A DNA stretch of 63,621 nt, the filler included, from Octopus bimaculoides (lineage: Eukaryota), in assembly GCF_001194135.2 (NCBI RefSeq). It is 6 parts of 5 records of this genome, joined end to end, with 100 filler letters (N's around TTAATTAATTAA, not from the genome) between each part and the next. Parts side by side here need not be neighbours in the genome. Positions count along the whole stretch, not along the records: positions 1 to 28,430 come from NC_069003.1; 5 more parts are not named here. One strand, written 5' to 3'. Under the pieces are notes generated by a model. It saw only the letters and a list, made by a program, of their open reading frames with translations. It had not been told where the DNA came from and ran no database searches. Of the stretch, positions 11,503-24,128 are shown piece by piece (positions within the stretch are counted from its first letter, which is position 1; every line of letters begins with the position of its first letter). Made by a program: the position numbers and the translations under genes.

Positions 11503-12082
11503 AAAAAAATTGTCAGCTAAAAACGGTAAGGAATACGAAAACAGCAGCAAGAACAATAGCACCAACAGCAGCAACAACATCAGCAACAGCGGAAGGTAAG
11601 TTGCATGAAGTGACTGTTAACTAAAGTATATTTATCACCATGCCCATCACACTGACATTGGATTGGCAGTGAGACTAACAGCAATAACAACAAAACTCAC
11701 TGATGGAAAGAAAGAAGGAAAGAAAGAAAGAAGGAAAGAAAGAAAGAAGGAAAGAAAGAAAGAAAGAAAGAAGGAAAGAAAGAAAGAAAGTATTATACAA
11801 TATTAATGTGTACAAAAAAATTTGCTTTGTTTTAACGATGAAAGGACGATAAATCAACGGAATCGGTTGACCATCGAGCAAAATACTTCACGGGTATATC
11901 CGTATATATTTTTAGTTCAGTTTCTGCCAGAAGTGATTTTCTCCCTTTCATCCTTCCTTGGTCAATAATCTAAAGAACAATCAAGTTACCGAAGAGGCAA
12001 TCCTCTTAAAAATGTGCGGTCTTGTGCTTATAACAAAAGTTACTATTTTTAAGGATTAAACAAAGACATTCACAAGCAATCA

Positions 12083-12612
12083 TTGACCTTTTGTCACCAT
12101 ATTTCTGTTGAAATAGACTGCCTTTGTTTCGATTGATTTTTGAAAATGAAGAAGAATTTAGTTAAATAACTTTCTCGATATAACACTTGTGTTTGAAAGG
12201 AACATATCAGGATGAAATTTTGATGGAAAATTTTTTATTTTGGATCACTTAAACCATTTTGTCATTATATTTCTGTTTGAAAAACACTGCCTTTGTTTCA
12301 ATGAAGTTTGATAATAATGAACAATTTAGTAAAATAATTTTGTCATTATTAAACTGGAGTTTAAAATCTAAATTAACATGAAATTTTGATGGAAGAAGCT
12401 TTTCATTTAGATCGCTTTAACTTTTTTGTTAGCATATTTCTGTTGAAATACGCTGGTTTTGTTTCAATTAATTTTGAAAATAATGACGACTTCAGTCAAC
12501 GTAAATTCATCGTCATTAGGTTGGTATTTGGAACATAAAGTAACATGAAATTTTGATGGAAGCTCTTTAGATCACTTAAAAACAGGAACTTTGTATCATA
12601 GAACCAGAGAAT
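12083..12612. mobile_element. Three tandem ~167-bp segments of a TTAA-associated (piggyBac-type) MITE
   Basis: Repeated unit catatttctgttgaaata..ctgcctttgtttc...atgaaattttgatggaa...gatcacttaa, with junctions at TTAA (12249, 12417). A degenerate inverse copy of the terminal part lies near 35013-35125. Confidence 0.6.
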
Positions 12613-14135
12613 GTTATCAGGTGAATTACAGATCACATGAGACTGATAGTTATATGATATTCAATAAATGCTCAACTGCGTGTATGTCTCCCAGAAACCT
12701 CTATAATTCGTCCAAACAGTTCACATATGGAATATGATATATGCGATATGGGATGTGTGCAACCTGACTTAATCTGATATCTAGAGATTCGATTAATTAT
12801 TCAACATGAAGTTTATCTGATATTCTAACTAATAATGGACTTCAGTGGAATAACCAACGTACTATACTCTGTATAACTCGCAGTGATGATTAATATTCAC
12901 TTTGGCCTCCTATTCAGCAATGTTGTAAATATTTCAACAGTGACCACATGGTGTACATCAGTCTAAGCTATGATAGTAACTAAAATAACAATGAAGCATT
13001 AGCTACATGAAGAGACCATTATCACCAAGCTAACTTTTGTGACACCATGTGAGACAGTTTTTTTCTGCCGCAGTCTGTACATCAGTTTCAATCAAATAAT
13101 GTTCAACATAAATCGTATCCAATATGAACTAATCTCATATCCTATTCAACGTAGATCTTTGTGGAATGACCAATGTCTTATATCAATTTATATAATTTGC
13201 AGTGATAATGGATATTCAATATGGCCTAAGTGTGATAATAAATATACAGGTTGTAGCAACATAAAAAAAACCCCTCCTTTCCGCCATTCTCGATCATTGT
13301 TTCAATAATAAGCACATGATGTACCTAAAAAGACAACAAAAAAAAAGATAAAATATTAGCTACATGAAAACACCATTCCTGTCTACCGAACTTCATTACC
13401 GCCACATCAATGGCCTTGCAAAATATGGGAGGAGAATTGTCTGTCGCGCCCTGTAAGTTGATCCGGATCGAATGTATCAAAAAAAAAAAAAAAGAAAGAA
13501 AAGAAAAAGAAATTACTCGCCGTAATTTCATATTGTAAATGGACTAATCCTAATCTCATACGCTGCTCAACGAGTATTGTCTTGAAACGTGTTATATCCA
13601 AACGTGATATATCTTATATAGTTCCTTCAGTGTGATATTTAATATAACAAACTCAACCAAGTATTGAACTTCTCTCATTAAGAGGACAACATTCATCAAT
13701 GACTTACTTTTGTATTCAACATGACTCGATACAATGATATGCAGCGAGTTCAAATTACAGAGATCCTTTCTCCCCCATACAAATCGATGTGGTATCTAGA
13801 TTGGACAGTAAACACTCCTCCCCTCCATATAATACTATATACTGATATCTGTCATATCAGATATATTCATCAATTTGATATCCAATTTCAGGGCAGTTAT
13901 TTAATCCGAAAATGTTATACGGATATAGTTACATCTCTTTATTTTCTACTGAGTTCAAATCTTAACAAAGGTCAATTGTATTTTTCAATTTTCAGAAGAT
14001 CCATGAAATATAGTACTAGTTATACACCAGGAATGTTATTTATAATAGACTATACTTTCCACTCTCCACCTCCACCGTTAAATCTGTGGCGTTGCACCAT
14101 TGTTTGAAATCATTAAATTAATATTCAATGTCACT

Positions 14136-14350
14136 AAGGCAGCGACCTGGCAAAGTCGTTAGCACGCCGGGCAAAATGCTTAGCGGCATTTCGTCCGTCA
14201 TTGCGTTCTGAGTTCAAATTCTGCCGAGACCGACTTTGCCTTCTATCAGTTCTGTGTTGATAAAATAAGTACCAGTTAAACACTGGAGTCGATGTAATCA
14301 ACTTACCCCTACCCCGAACTTTCTGGTCTTGTACCAAAATTTGGAATCAA
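14136..14350 (+). mobile_element. SINE family A, near full length
   Basis: AGGCAGCGACCTGGCAAAGTCGTTAGCACG head with GAGTTCAAATTC B-box-like motif, central GACTTTGCCTT...ATAAAATAAGTACCAG, tail TTGTACCAAAATTTGG. Confidence 0.85.
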
Positions 14351-15740
14351 TATTCAATGTCATAAGCTAAAGACAACGAGGAAAACAAAGCAACAACAAC
14401 AATAACAAGAACAGCAAAAAGAAAAAAATACTTGGCTGGATTGACTGTTAAGTATTGTAGAGCTGTCAATATGGCGACGAAGATAACGCTGGATCGAAAG
14501 TGAGGCTAACAATAAGAATAACAAAAGTTACGTGAGCTCAGAGGCAGAATAAAAAGGAAGTAAAGATTGATTGAACAACATTCTATCCGTTAAAACAATA
14601 AAGAAACAAAATAACATTTTGAGAAGAGTGATAGATTGGCAAAATCGGTTGAGTGTCAAAGAAAATGCGCTACGTTAATTATTATTTTTTTTAACTGCGT
14701 CCTTTAAATGTACTCAGTTTAGTATGACAGACTAATCATCACCATCATAATTATCACAGCATATTTCATATCATTAAACTGGACTTTTTGTAGGGTGGGG
14801 TAGTTTGTAAAGAGTGAAAAAAACATATCACCCACTTTTGAAAGCTATTTATAAAAAAGTAAAAATTGTTCAACCATTTTTAAATTATATTATTTGTAAA
14901 AAGAAAAAAATATAATGATCTGACATTTTTATAAAAAATTTATTATTTGTATAAAGAGAAAATAAATATATGAGCCATTATAAAGTTTATTATTTGTAAA
15001 AAAAAAAAAAAAGAACAAGTAATTCAAATTTCACCAAGGTCTCAACTTTGGTGAAGTTCTCAACTTTTATCCTTNNNNNNNNNNNNNNNNNNNNNNNNNN
15101 NNNNNNNNNNNNNNNNNNNNNNNNNNNNNNNNNNNNNNNNNNNNNNNNNNNNNNNNNNNNNNNNNNNNNNNNNNNNNNNNNNNNNNNNNNNNNNNNNNNN
15201 NNNNNNNNNNNNNNNNNNNNNNNNNNNNNNNNNNNNNNNNNNNNNNNNNNNNNNNNNNNNNNNNNNNNNNNNNNNNNNNNNNNNNNNNNNNNNNNNNNNN
15301 NNNNNNNNNNNNNNNNNNNNNNNNNNNNNNNNNNNNNNNNNNNNNNNNNNNNNNNNNNNNNNNNNNNNNNNNNNNNNNNNNNNNNNNNNNNNNNNNNNNN
15401 NNNNNNNNNNNNNNNNNNNNNNNNNNNNNNNNNNNNNNNNNNNNNNNNNNNNNNNNNNNNNNNNNNNNNNNNNNNNNNNNNNNNNNNNNNNNNNNNNNNN
15501 NNNNNNNNNNNNNNNNNNNNNNNNNNNNNNNNNNNNNNNNNNNNNNNNNNNNNNNNNNNNNNNNNNNNNNNNNNNNNNNNNNNNNNNNNNNNNNNNNNNN
15601 NNNNNNNNNNNNNNNNNNNNNNNNNNNNNNNNNNNNNNNNNNNNNNNNNNNNNNNNNNNNNNNNNNNNNNNNNNNNNNNNNNNNNNNNNNNNNNNNNNNN
15701 NNNNNNNNNNNNNNNNNNNNNNNNNNNNNNNNNNNNNNNN

Positions 15741-15897
15741 GGAGAATAAAATAAGTGGCACTGGGGTTGAGGCAATCGACCTACCACCTCCCACCAAATT
15801 GCTAACCTTGTACCAAACTTTGAAATCATTATCATCTTTATCATCATCATCATCATCATTATCATCATCATCATCATCATCATCATTATTATCATCC

Positions 15898-15952
<55 letters not shown>

Positions 15953-16150
15953 GACAGGGAGCTGACAGAATTGTTAGCGCGTCAGCATTTTTTGAGGCTC
16001 TTTACGTTCTGAGTTCAAAATCCGCCGAGGTCGACTTTGCTTTACATCCTCTCGTGGTCGAAAAAATAAGTGCCAGTTGAACACTGGAGTTGACATAAAC
16101 AACTAAACCTTTACACCTAAAATTGCTGACCATGTACAAAAATTTGTAAC
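15741..16150 (+). mobile_element. Two SINE family A copies separated by an (ATC)n(ATT)n tract
   Basis: Tail fragment at 15741-15830 and a second copy from about 15952 containing GTTCTGAGTTCAAAATCCGCCGAGGTCGACTTTGC. Confidence 0.8.
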
Positions 16151-17675
16151 TATTACCAGTAAAAAAAATAATAAAACACACACATATATCATTCAACTAC
16201 GGTAGTAGCTGAATAATATTGTTAAGGCCGCAATTTACTCACATGCACCATCTTTCAGAGCTTGTCGCTAATTCAGTTCTTAACCAAATTGAAAACCGTT
16301 AACATTTTTGAAGAGGATTGGTCCCTAGCTACATTTTGGCATTAAAAAAATTGAGATTTGATCCAGTAGAAAATGTTTACATCAAAATTTGTAGCAGCAT
16401 TATAAGGGAGTAAGTAACGCCACCAATCAAGTTTAGATCTAAATAACTTTTATATTTTAAAAGCAAAATGTATTTATCTTAGTTTCAGTGATAGAAGAAA
16501 GCATGAAGAGTTTCATAGTTTTGATCCCATGCAACAAAAATGTGTATCAAAAAAGTTGTGAGGTAAAATATCATGAAAAAATAGAAGTAAGGCAAAAAAT
16601 TGGATTTAAGTATAATTAACGTTTTATTTTAAAAACAAACTATGTTTTAAATAAGCTTAAATGATAGAACTCAATTCGAGGAGTTTCGTGCAATGAAGTT
16701 TTAAAAGAAAAGAGTTATAGATGTTTGTTTCTCAAATTTGAGGGTGATAATATAGTTCTATACATTTTTATGAATATAGTGCTATATGTAAATTTTAATA
16801 TATGCCACCGGCATCATTAAGGTAAGGAAAAAATTATCAACGACACTGCTAATTGACACATTTGACACATTTTTAATTAGCATAATAGTATAGCCTGGAA
16901 AAAATATGGATTACATGGAAAAATGCGAGCAAGAAAAATAATATTCTTAAGATAATAAACCTGGAAAATTACAGGACGAGTTATTACACTTGGAAAAGTT
17001 CAGGACAACTTATTACATCTGCTAAAGTACAGAACAAGAAAATTTTTACTTAGAATATTGCATCTAAGGATAAAATTTGAATATTAAAAATCATTTGATT
17101 TTAATTTACAAAGTAACATTATAATTAAAAAAAAGTACCATCATTTTGTTAAGATATTGACACACTAGAATACTTTAAAAAATGAGTGCCAGATGTATCG
17201 ATATAGCTAAAGTTTTATGCAAAGTAGAATAGTATATATAGAAGGTAAATTCATTATGTAAAAAATAGGCATTGCGTTAAGACTCAAAATGTGAAGACTT
17301 AGCAATAACTGAGGCAACAACTCAAGCAAATTTTACTGTGAATTTGTTGTTATAGGTAGATTTTACTGTAATATATGACTAATCTTTGTATTATTCTATT
17401 TATTGTTGTAACTAATTATGTACTACTGTTATTTTTATAACCTATTAACAAATTTCTAATTATTAATCAATAATTAAAAAATGATTTTTTTTTAAGTGAA
17501 AAGATATTTTAATAAAGTTATTTTTTTATTTTTCATAGAAGCAACAAGAAATAACAAATAGAAGTAATAATTTGTCATTAAATTTTTAGTCTTAATAAAA
17601 GCTAATATTTTCTAAATCTAAATATATATTTGAAATTTTATCCTTAGCTGCGATATTTTAAGTAAAAATTTTCTT

Positions 17676-17812
17676 GTAACTTAGCGGTTCGGCAAAAGTA
17701 ACAGGTAGAATAAGTACTGGGTTTACAAAGAGTAAGTCCTGAGGTCGATTCGTTCGACTAAAGGCGATGCTCCAGCATGGCTACAGTCAAATGACTGAAA
17801 CAAGTAAAAGAA
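17676..17812 (+). mobile_element. SINE family B tail module
   Basis: GTAACTTAGCGGTTCGGCAAAAG...GTCGATTCGTTCGACTAAAGGCGATGCTCCAGCATGGCTACAGTCAAATGACTGAAACAAGTAAAAG. Confidence 0.8.
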
Positions 17813-18949
17813 TGTATTCTTTTAAGAATAAGAATTTATTATTTAACACACACGCGTGAAATTTGACTGGTGACCGCCGTTACTGCGGCTGCAGCCATCT
17901 GTGACAGTTTTCTGAGAGAAATAGGTTTTTAAAGAATAGAAGATGGGGACGAAATTTCTCTCAAGGGGAGAGAATCGCTGAGAGAGAGAGATTTTATTTC
18001 TATTTTTTATACGCTTATTTTATTATGCGAGTAAATATTTCTATTTAATTCATTTTTACTTATTATGTTTTGGTTGGCCTTGTAGCTGCAAGTAGATGCA
18101 GATAAATTTATTTTGTTCTGATATCGAGTTTAGGTCCGCCATTTTGTAAACTTTATTATTTGTGAAAGGAGAAACTATAAATGAACTATTTAAAAATTTT
18201 AAACCCTTAAAACAAATTTGAATTTAGACGTGTTGGCACTTTCTTAAGGATTTTAACTGTAAACTACAATAGAGACCTTGGGCTTATACATCAGTGGTTC
18301 TCAATCGGGGTCCATATCAACCCTGGATGTCCACGCAAGCAAAATGGTAAATTGGGTAAAATGGTATTATTTTAAAGGTCCATGATAAAACTTTGCTTTA
18401 GATAGCAAGAAAACAGTTAGGTTTCTTTCTCTAATTTTTGACATAGATTAATATGTTTCCGGCAACTGAAACATGTTCTCTCGGGGCCTACCTCTCGGGG
18501 CCGTCGAGAGGTAGGCCCCGAAACGGCGTGCATTCTCTAGCTAATAACTCCCATGACCTTGCTAGCATCCGGTATGCGGAGCTTTCAACTGGTTGCACTT
18601 ACATCTGCAAATTGTTTGCAAACAATCTCACTGGCTAATAGCGATATCAGCGCCTGTTCTGACACTCTTATTCATCGTTGGCGAAGGATGAATCGCTGCT
18701 ATATGTAGCAGTCAAGCGTCTATCATTGACAAGACCAAGGAAGGTTGAAGTCACGTGATCTGGTGGTCTCATCGCTGGATGTGGCGGGAAATTATCTCTC
18801 CGCTCACCAATATGAGAATTTCTCTTGTGATAACAATCGCAGTACAGTTTGTTCTTACAGAACATCTACTTCTATGTGAGCATAAATATTACTCCTGGAA
18901 CGGTTATATGGTAAATTCGTATTATTGATATTGGATAGTAAGTTGAAGT

Positions 18950-19400
18950 AGGTCATCATCAGTTAAACTGAGAGCTGAAGGAAAAGAAGGAAGGTGTGTA
19001 GGTGTACAACTGCTTCAAGAATGGATGCACAGTTGGTGCAATTCCTGTCAGGTAATCTCCGACTAGCATTTTAGTATGTCTGTGTATCATCTGCCACGGC
19101 ACATCCAGTTTTCCACACAGCGAGTGCTGACAACAAATGGAGCATCTGACTATTGATACGTATGCCTGCCACAGAAAAGGGAAGCGTAGGTACCCCAGTC
19201 TGGCCACACGTGAACTGGGGCAAGGCACGATGGCTAGGCAGTAATATATGACGGATGCAATGTATATATGCTACACCTCTGCCCGATCTTTCAGGGATAA
19301 CTGTCTCCCGGCTCATTTCTGTTGCATGTAGGATGGATCTAACTATCGGCTGAGTTCATTGTGAAGAAAATCTCGCCACCTTCCTTTAACTGAGCAGATA
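18950..19400 (-). mobile_element. Highly degraded non-LTR reverse transcriptase remnant
   Basis: Minus-strand translation gives ADDTQTY (YADDTQ-like) preceded by VIPERS (weakly GVPQGS-like). Multiple frame breaks. Confidence 0.35.
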
Positions 19401-19719
19401 AGGCAATTTAAGTTTGGTGGCTATGGCGAAAGAGGTTGTATGCTTTTGACCGATACAAACAAGGAATATTTCCCTGAGGTTCTAGATTTTGACCGAGACA
19501 AACAATACTTATCTCCCCTGGAGTCTAGCTTCTGGTCATACACAAACAATAATTACATCTTGTGTTCTTACTTTTTATACTTAGTTTCCTAGGGCTTATA
19601 TTGTTCAAAGTATCATGCAGAGGCTGAACCTGGACACCGTGTGGTCGGGAAGCAAGCTTCTTACCATACAGTCATTCCTTTTTTGTTTATGTCACCTATT
19701 CATTTTTTTTTCTTTTCAT

Positions 19720-20033
19720 GAGGGTGCGTGGCTTAGTGGTTAGGGTATTCGGCCCACGATCATAAAATCGTGAGTTCAATTCCTGGAGGTGGGTTGTGTC
19801 CGTGAGCAAAACACTAAATTTCACGTTCCTCCAGTCCTTAAATGAGTTATACCTGTATTTCAAAGGGGTCAGATTTGTCACATTCTGTATCGCACTGTAC
19901 CTCCCTGAGATCTACGTTATGGGTATGCATGTCTGTGGAGCACTCAATCACTTGCACATTAATTTCACGAGCAGGCTGTTCCGCTGATCGCATCATTTGG
20001 AACACTCATCATCGCAACCGACGGAGTGCCTGT
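19720..20033 (+). mobile_element. tRNA-headed SINE family D
   Basis: A-box-like TGGCTTAGTGG and B-box-like GAGTTCAATTCC. Body GTCTGTGGAG.ACTCA..CACTTGCAC.TTAATTTCACGAGCAGGCTGTTCCG is shared with 55690-56056. Confidence 0.8.
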
Positions 20034-20966
20034 TTTTTTCATGAAGATTCCTGTATCTCACTTGTCCCTGTCTATCTTTGATTAAATGGGTCAGACGAAG
20101 CTCATACACCACCACACCCTACCGCACCCTCAGCTGCTTAGCCTCCCGACCCCCCACCGGTGAGGTTCGTTAACCGCGGTTTGGCTTTCATATTGATTGA
20201 TAGGTGGTCTTGTATATATGTATGTGTGTGTGTATGTATATGTATATGCATATTATGTATGTGTGTGTAGTGGGGGTTATGTATGTGTTTACGTGAGCGT
20301 GTATGTGTATATGTATGTGTGTATATCATGTTGATTGATAGGTGTTTAAACATATAATATATGTATGTATGTATGTATGTTTGTATGTATGTATGTATGT
20401 ATGTATGTATATATATGTGTGTATGTACGTAGGTATGTGTGGGAGGAGAAACACGCGAAAAAGAAAACTTTGAAGAGGAAAGAAATAGAATAACAGACAG
20501 ACAGACAGACAGACAGGGATGAAACGAGACAGAAATAAGTAAATAAATAAATAAATAAATAGAAGCCTTGAACGCTATATTGTTATCATAAATGAAATGA
20601 TACGTTATTAGATTCAGAAAGATAAATTATTTATCGAAATAAATTAGCATAATTAATTACCGATATGATAATTGATTAGATATTTTGGGGTGGATGAGGT
20701 TGTATGTGGGTGCAAGGCAGCTTTGAATATATTAAGGGTCTTAATTTTGTACTTCGTAGCTGTTGCCTTCTACATAGGGGTTTGCTGCATCACAGACTGT
20801 GTGAGTGGGTGGGAGGACTATTTGTACGTGTGTGTGATGCGTGGATGAGTATTATAACACAAACACAAAGACACACGTACACACATCATACGACGGGCTT
20901 TCAACATAGTTTCTGCCAACCAGGTTCACTCACAAGGCATTGGCGGAGGTTAAAACAGAAGATACT

Positions 20967-21003
<37 letters not shown>

Positions 21004-21039
21004 TATATACATATATATATACATAGCTCTCCTGAAATA

Positions 21040-21275
21040 AGAATTTCTAACTTCCGGTCAGCCATTATTATGATTGACCGTTGACTGAACACTATTCAAT
21101 TTTTTTTCTCCGTGTTTTTCTCCTTGTCTCCGTATTCTTTCTGTTGAAGAGCGTAGCTCGAAACGTCAAAGACTTTCCGTATTCCCGAGCGTCATACTAA
21201 TATATACTTTTGTTATTTACACCACCTGTCCTCGTCTGTTGTTAATTTTTGTATATTCTCCCATATACATATATA
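21040..21275 (+). mobile_element. Penelope-related repeat (subfamily H2) with hammerhead-like motif at 21136-21172
   Basis: tcttt-CTGTTGA-A-GAGC-GTA-GCTC-GAAAC-GTC-aaaga. Ends in ttctccca followed by (TA)n, like the 60503 copy. Confidence 0.6.
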
Positions 21276-21338
21276 TATATACTTTATTCAAAAGCAGCAA
21301 AAATATCACCAAAAACTATTACTCAGAGTATATATATA

Positions 21339-23150
21339 CCGAATATTTCCGTGTACAAGATGACCTTTAGATAAGACGAGGTCAAAATTTATAAAAAATT
21401 TCATGAATTTCTTTCATATCTGTAGTATAAGACGACTGCTAGATTAGAAAACCATCTGTGTACAGGCTAGCTTTTGCAGGTACCTTTAGAAATATTGGTC
21501 ATGTAAAGATGATGTTATTTCATGTCTTTTGCTTTTGTTTTTATTTACTGTATCCTTAGAAATTAAAATAAACGAAATAACGAATTCGTTTTTATATCAT
21601 GTTGTTTTCATACACGCGTCACCTAAAAAAAACCTGATTCTTTTTCTTCTTTATCAAAACTTTATCGCTATCATAACAACCGCTAACAACAATACGATAA
21701 TAGTGGTTCATATGACTGAAATGTTATAAACAGTTACAGTCAGCCTGGAGTATCGATAACCATTTACCTATACTTCATATAAAATCACAGACTGTCTAGT
21801 CAAGTGAAATTTATAATTATTTTATGCCCATACCAATATGTAACCACCAACAAAAAGAAAATATGAGGTTTCAAATTGGAAGTTATAGAAGTAGCCAAGA
21901 GTTCGAACAATTGGGTAATGATGTAGCTGAATGAGCACTCTAGCAGAGACAAGATGGCTACATTGTAACATGAAATATAAGACCTTATGCCCTAAAATGG
22001 GATAAATCATATAAAGAAGAAAGTAAAGATTTTAAAGCAGCAGTAGGCTGGTGCAATCGTTTTATGAACAGAAAAAATCCGGTAATAAGGGAGAAAACAA
22101 AAATCGCCCAAAAACTCCCAAGAGATCTCGATCACAAAGTAACCAGTTTTCACCAGTTCATCATCCAGCAGAGAAAAAGGCATCAGTTTCCATTGTCTCA
22201 TTGGAAATATGGATGAACTTCCATTAAATTTTGACATGTAGGGTAACAAAATGGTTGATTTGAAAGGAGTAAAGACAGTGCACGTTAAAAACACAGGATA
22301 TGAGAAAACGAGTTTTACGGTGGTATTATCCTACATGGTTGACAGTACAAAATTAAAACCCATGATTATTTTTAAACGTAAAACAAAGCCCCAAATAGAT
22401 TTTCTTCCTAGCGTTTTTGTTCATTTTCACGAGAATAGGTGGATGGACGAGAGTGGTGTGAAATTATGGATTGAGAATATTTGGAACAGGCAGCCGGGTG
22501 GCATACAAAACGAACGCAGTTTATTGGTTTGAGATATATCTCGTAGCCACGTAACAGCAAATACTAAAACCCGGTTATTCAAAACCGATACTGATATTGC
22601 CGTTATGCCTGGTAGTTTGACTTCTATACTGTTGCCGCTCGATGTCAGTTTAAACAAACTATTTAAAGATAATGCGAGAGAGCAATGGAATAACTGGATG
22701 ATGAATGGAGAAATATCTTCTACAAAAGGGGGAACTATGAATGCTGCCTCACTTGATGTTCTCTATGATTTTGTTATAAAGGCATGGGACAAAGTCAAAG
22801 TAGAAAATGTAATAAAATCATATTTAAAATGCGGTATCTCTAATGCCATGGAAGGGACCGATGATGATATTCTGTCCAATAGCGACGACAAAGTCGAGGT
22901 CGATTCATCAGAACCAGATTGGAATCCTTACAATGACGGCATATGTGATGAATCTAGTGATATATATGAGAAACTTTTAGAAACAGATAGTGATAACTGT
23001 GAGGAATTTGATGGGTTTTAGATAAATGCATGTGGCAGGTTTGATGGTTTATTAATATTATTTATCTTGATAGGAAATAAAAAAAGTTTATAATGTCTTA
23101 TGTTTTAAATGCAACTACTGTAAAATAATTTTATTGAAAAATAAAGGTTG
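21339..23150 (+). mobile_element. Degenerate pogo/Tigger (POGK-like) DNA transposon
   Basis: TA|CCGAATATTTCCGTGTACAAGATGAC left end with repeated ATAAGACGA motifs. Broken ORF: FKLEVIEVAK (Brinker-type DBD), NMDELP, TGYEKTSFTVVLS...KLKPMIIFK, WMDE, LLV*D, PGSLTSILLPLDVSLNKLFK (DDE_1-like). No right TIR found. Confidence 0.9.
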
Positions 23151-23479
23151 TATGTAATCCAAATTGTGTTATTTACCACCAAATGATAAAAGATATTTTA
23201 TAAAAAATATAAATATGTTATTCTAAATGTTATTACTACAGTTATACATCACCGTTTTTTGAAAGGTTAGCGAAATATAAAAGTTGCTATGAGCGCAACC
23301 ATAACTCGATGTTTATATTTTCTCAGCCGAGCTCGCATAGAGAGAAGTTGATTTCAATGATATAGAGTTATCTTTCGAATAGGCTATTTACTATGAAGAT
23401 ATGTTAATAATATATAAAGTAAAAATGTTTTTATTTTCTATATTTGAAAATCTTTGGCGCATACTAGATAGAGCTATAC

Positions 23480-23727
23480 AAAAAAAAAACTTGATAGAAA
23501 CCTAAATCTGAAGATGAATTGTTTCGATTGTTGAGTGAAAAGTGGGCAGAAATTCCACAAGAGACAATCACAAAGCTCATCAGTTCAATGCCAAAAAGAG
23601 TTTCTGAATTAAAAACTGCAAAGGGAATGTCAACTAAATGCTAAAGTATATAGTCCTACCTATCGATTACATTTCAACTGTTCGCTTTGAAAATTAAAGG
23701 TGTCTATTTACTTTCTGCATGTCTGTG
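23480..23727 (+). mobile_element. Tc1-like transposon 3' fragment
   Basis: Translation KPKSEDELFRLLSEKWAEIPQETITKLISSMPKRVSELKTAKGMSTK, followed by a TIR-like end ...GGTGTCTATTTACTTTCTGCATGTCTGTG|TA. Confidence 0.75.
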
Positions 23728-23756
23728 TATATATATATATATACATATATATATAT

Positions 23757-24097
23757 AGGCGCAGGTGTGGCTGTGTGGTAAGAAGTTTGCTTCCCCACCA
23801 ACCAACAACATGGTTCTGGTCTGGGCAAGTGTCTTCTACTATAGTTTCGGGCCGATCAAAGCCTTGTGAGTAGATTTGGTAAAGGAAACTGAAAGAAGCC
23901 CGTCATGTGTGTGTGTGTCTGTCTGTCTGTCTGTCTTTGTGCCTGTATATGACCTCCACCACCGCTTGACAACCGGTGTTGGTGTATTTACGTCCCTGTA
24001 ACTCGACGGTTACCGATAGAATAAGAACCAGGATTTAATAAAAATTAACTACTGGGGTCGATTCATTCGTCTAAAAATCCTGCAAGACCGTGCCCCA

Positions 24098-24100
<3 letters not shown>
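23757..24100 (+). mobile_element. SINE family B, head plus tail (CORE-like centre)
   Basis: GGCGCAGGTGTGGCTGTGTGGTAAGAAG head, CTGGGCAAGTGTCTTCTACTATAG CORE-like block, then the tail module. Other copies at about 26150-26395(-), 33920-34260(+), 37740-37880(-), 38140-38510(-), 44080-44250(-) and 62205-62375(+). Confidence 0.85.

Positions 24101-24128
<28 letters not shown>

Noticed and set aside
10908-11586. Antisense ORFs over atonal
   Set aside because: These are shadow frames of the real CDS and its trinucleotide repeats.
19720-19790. tRNA-like A/B boxes (also at SINE heads 14136, 23757, 55694 and a lone GGTTCGATTC near 8190)
   Set aside because: No complete cloverleaf is present and they continue into SINE bodies, so they are not called as tRNA genes.
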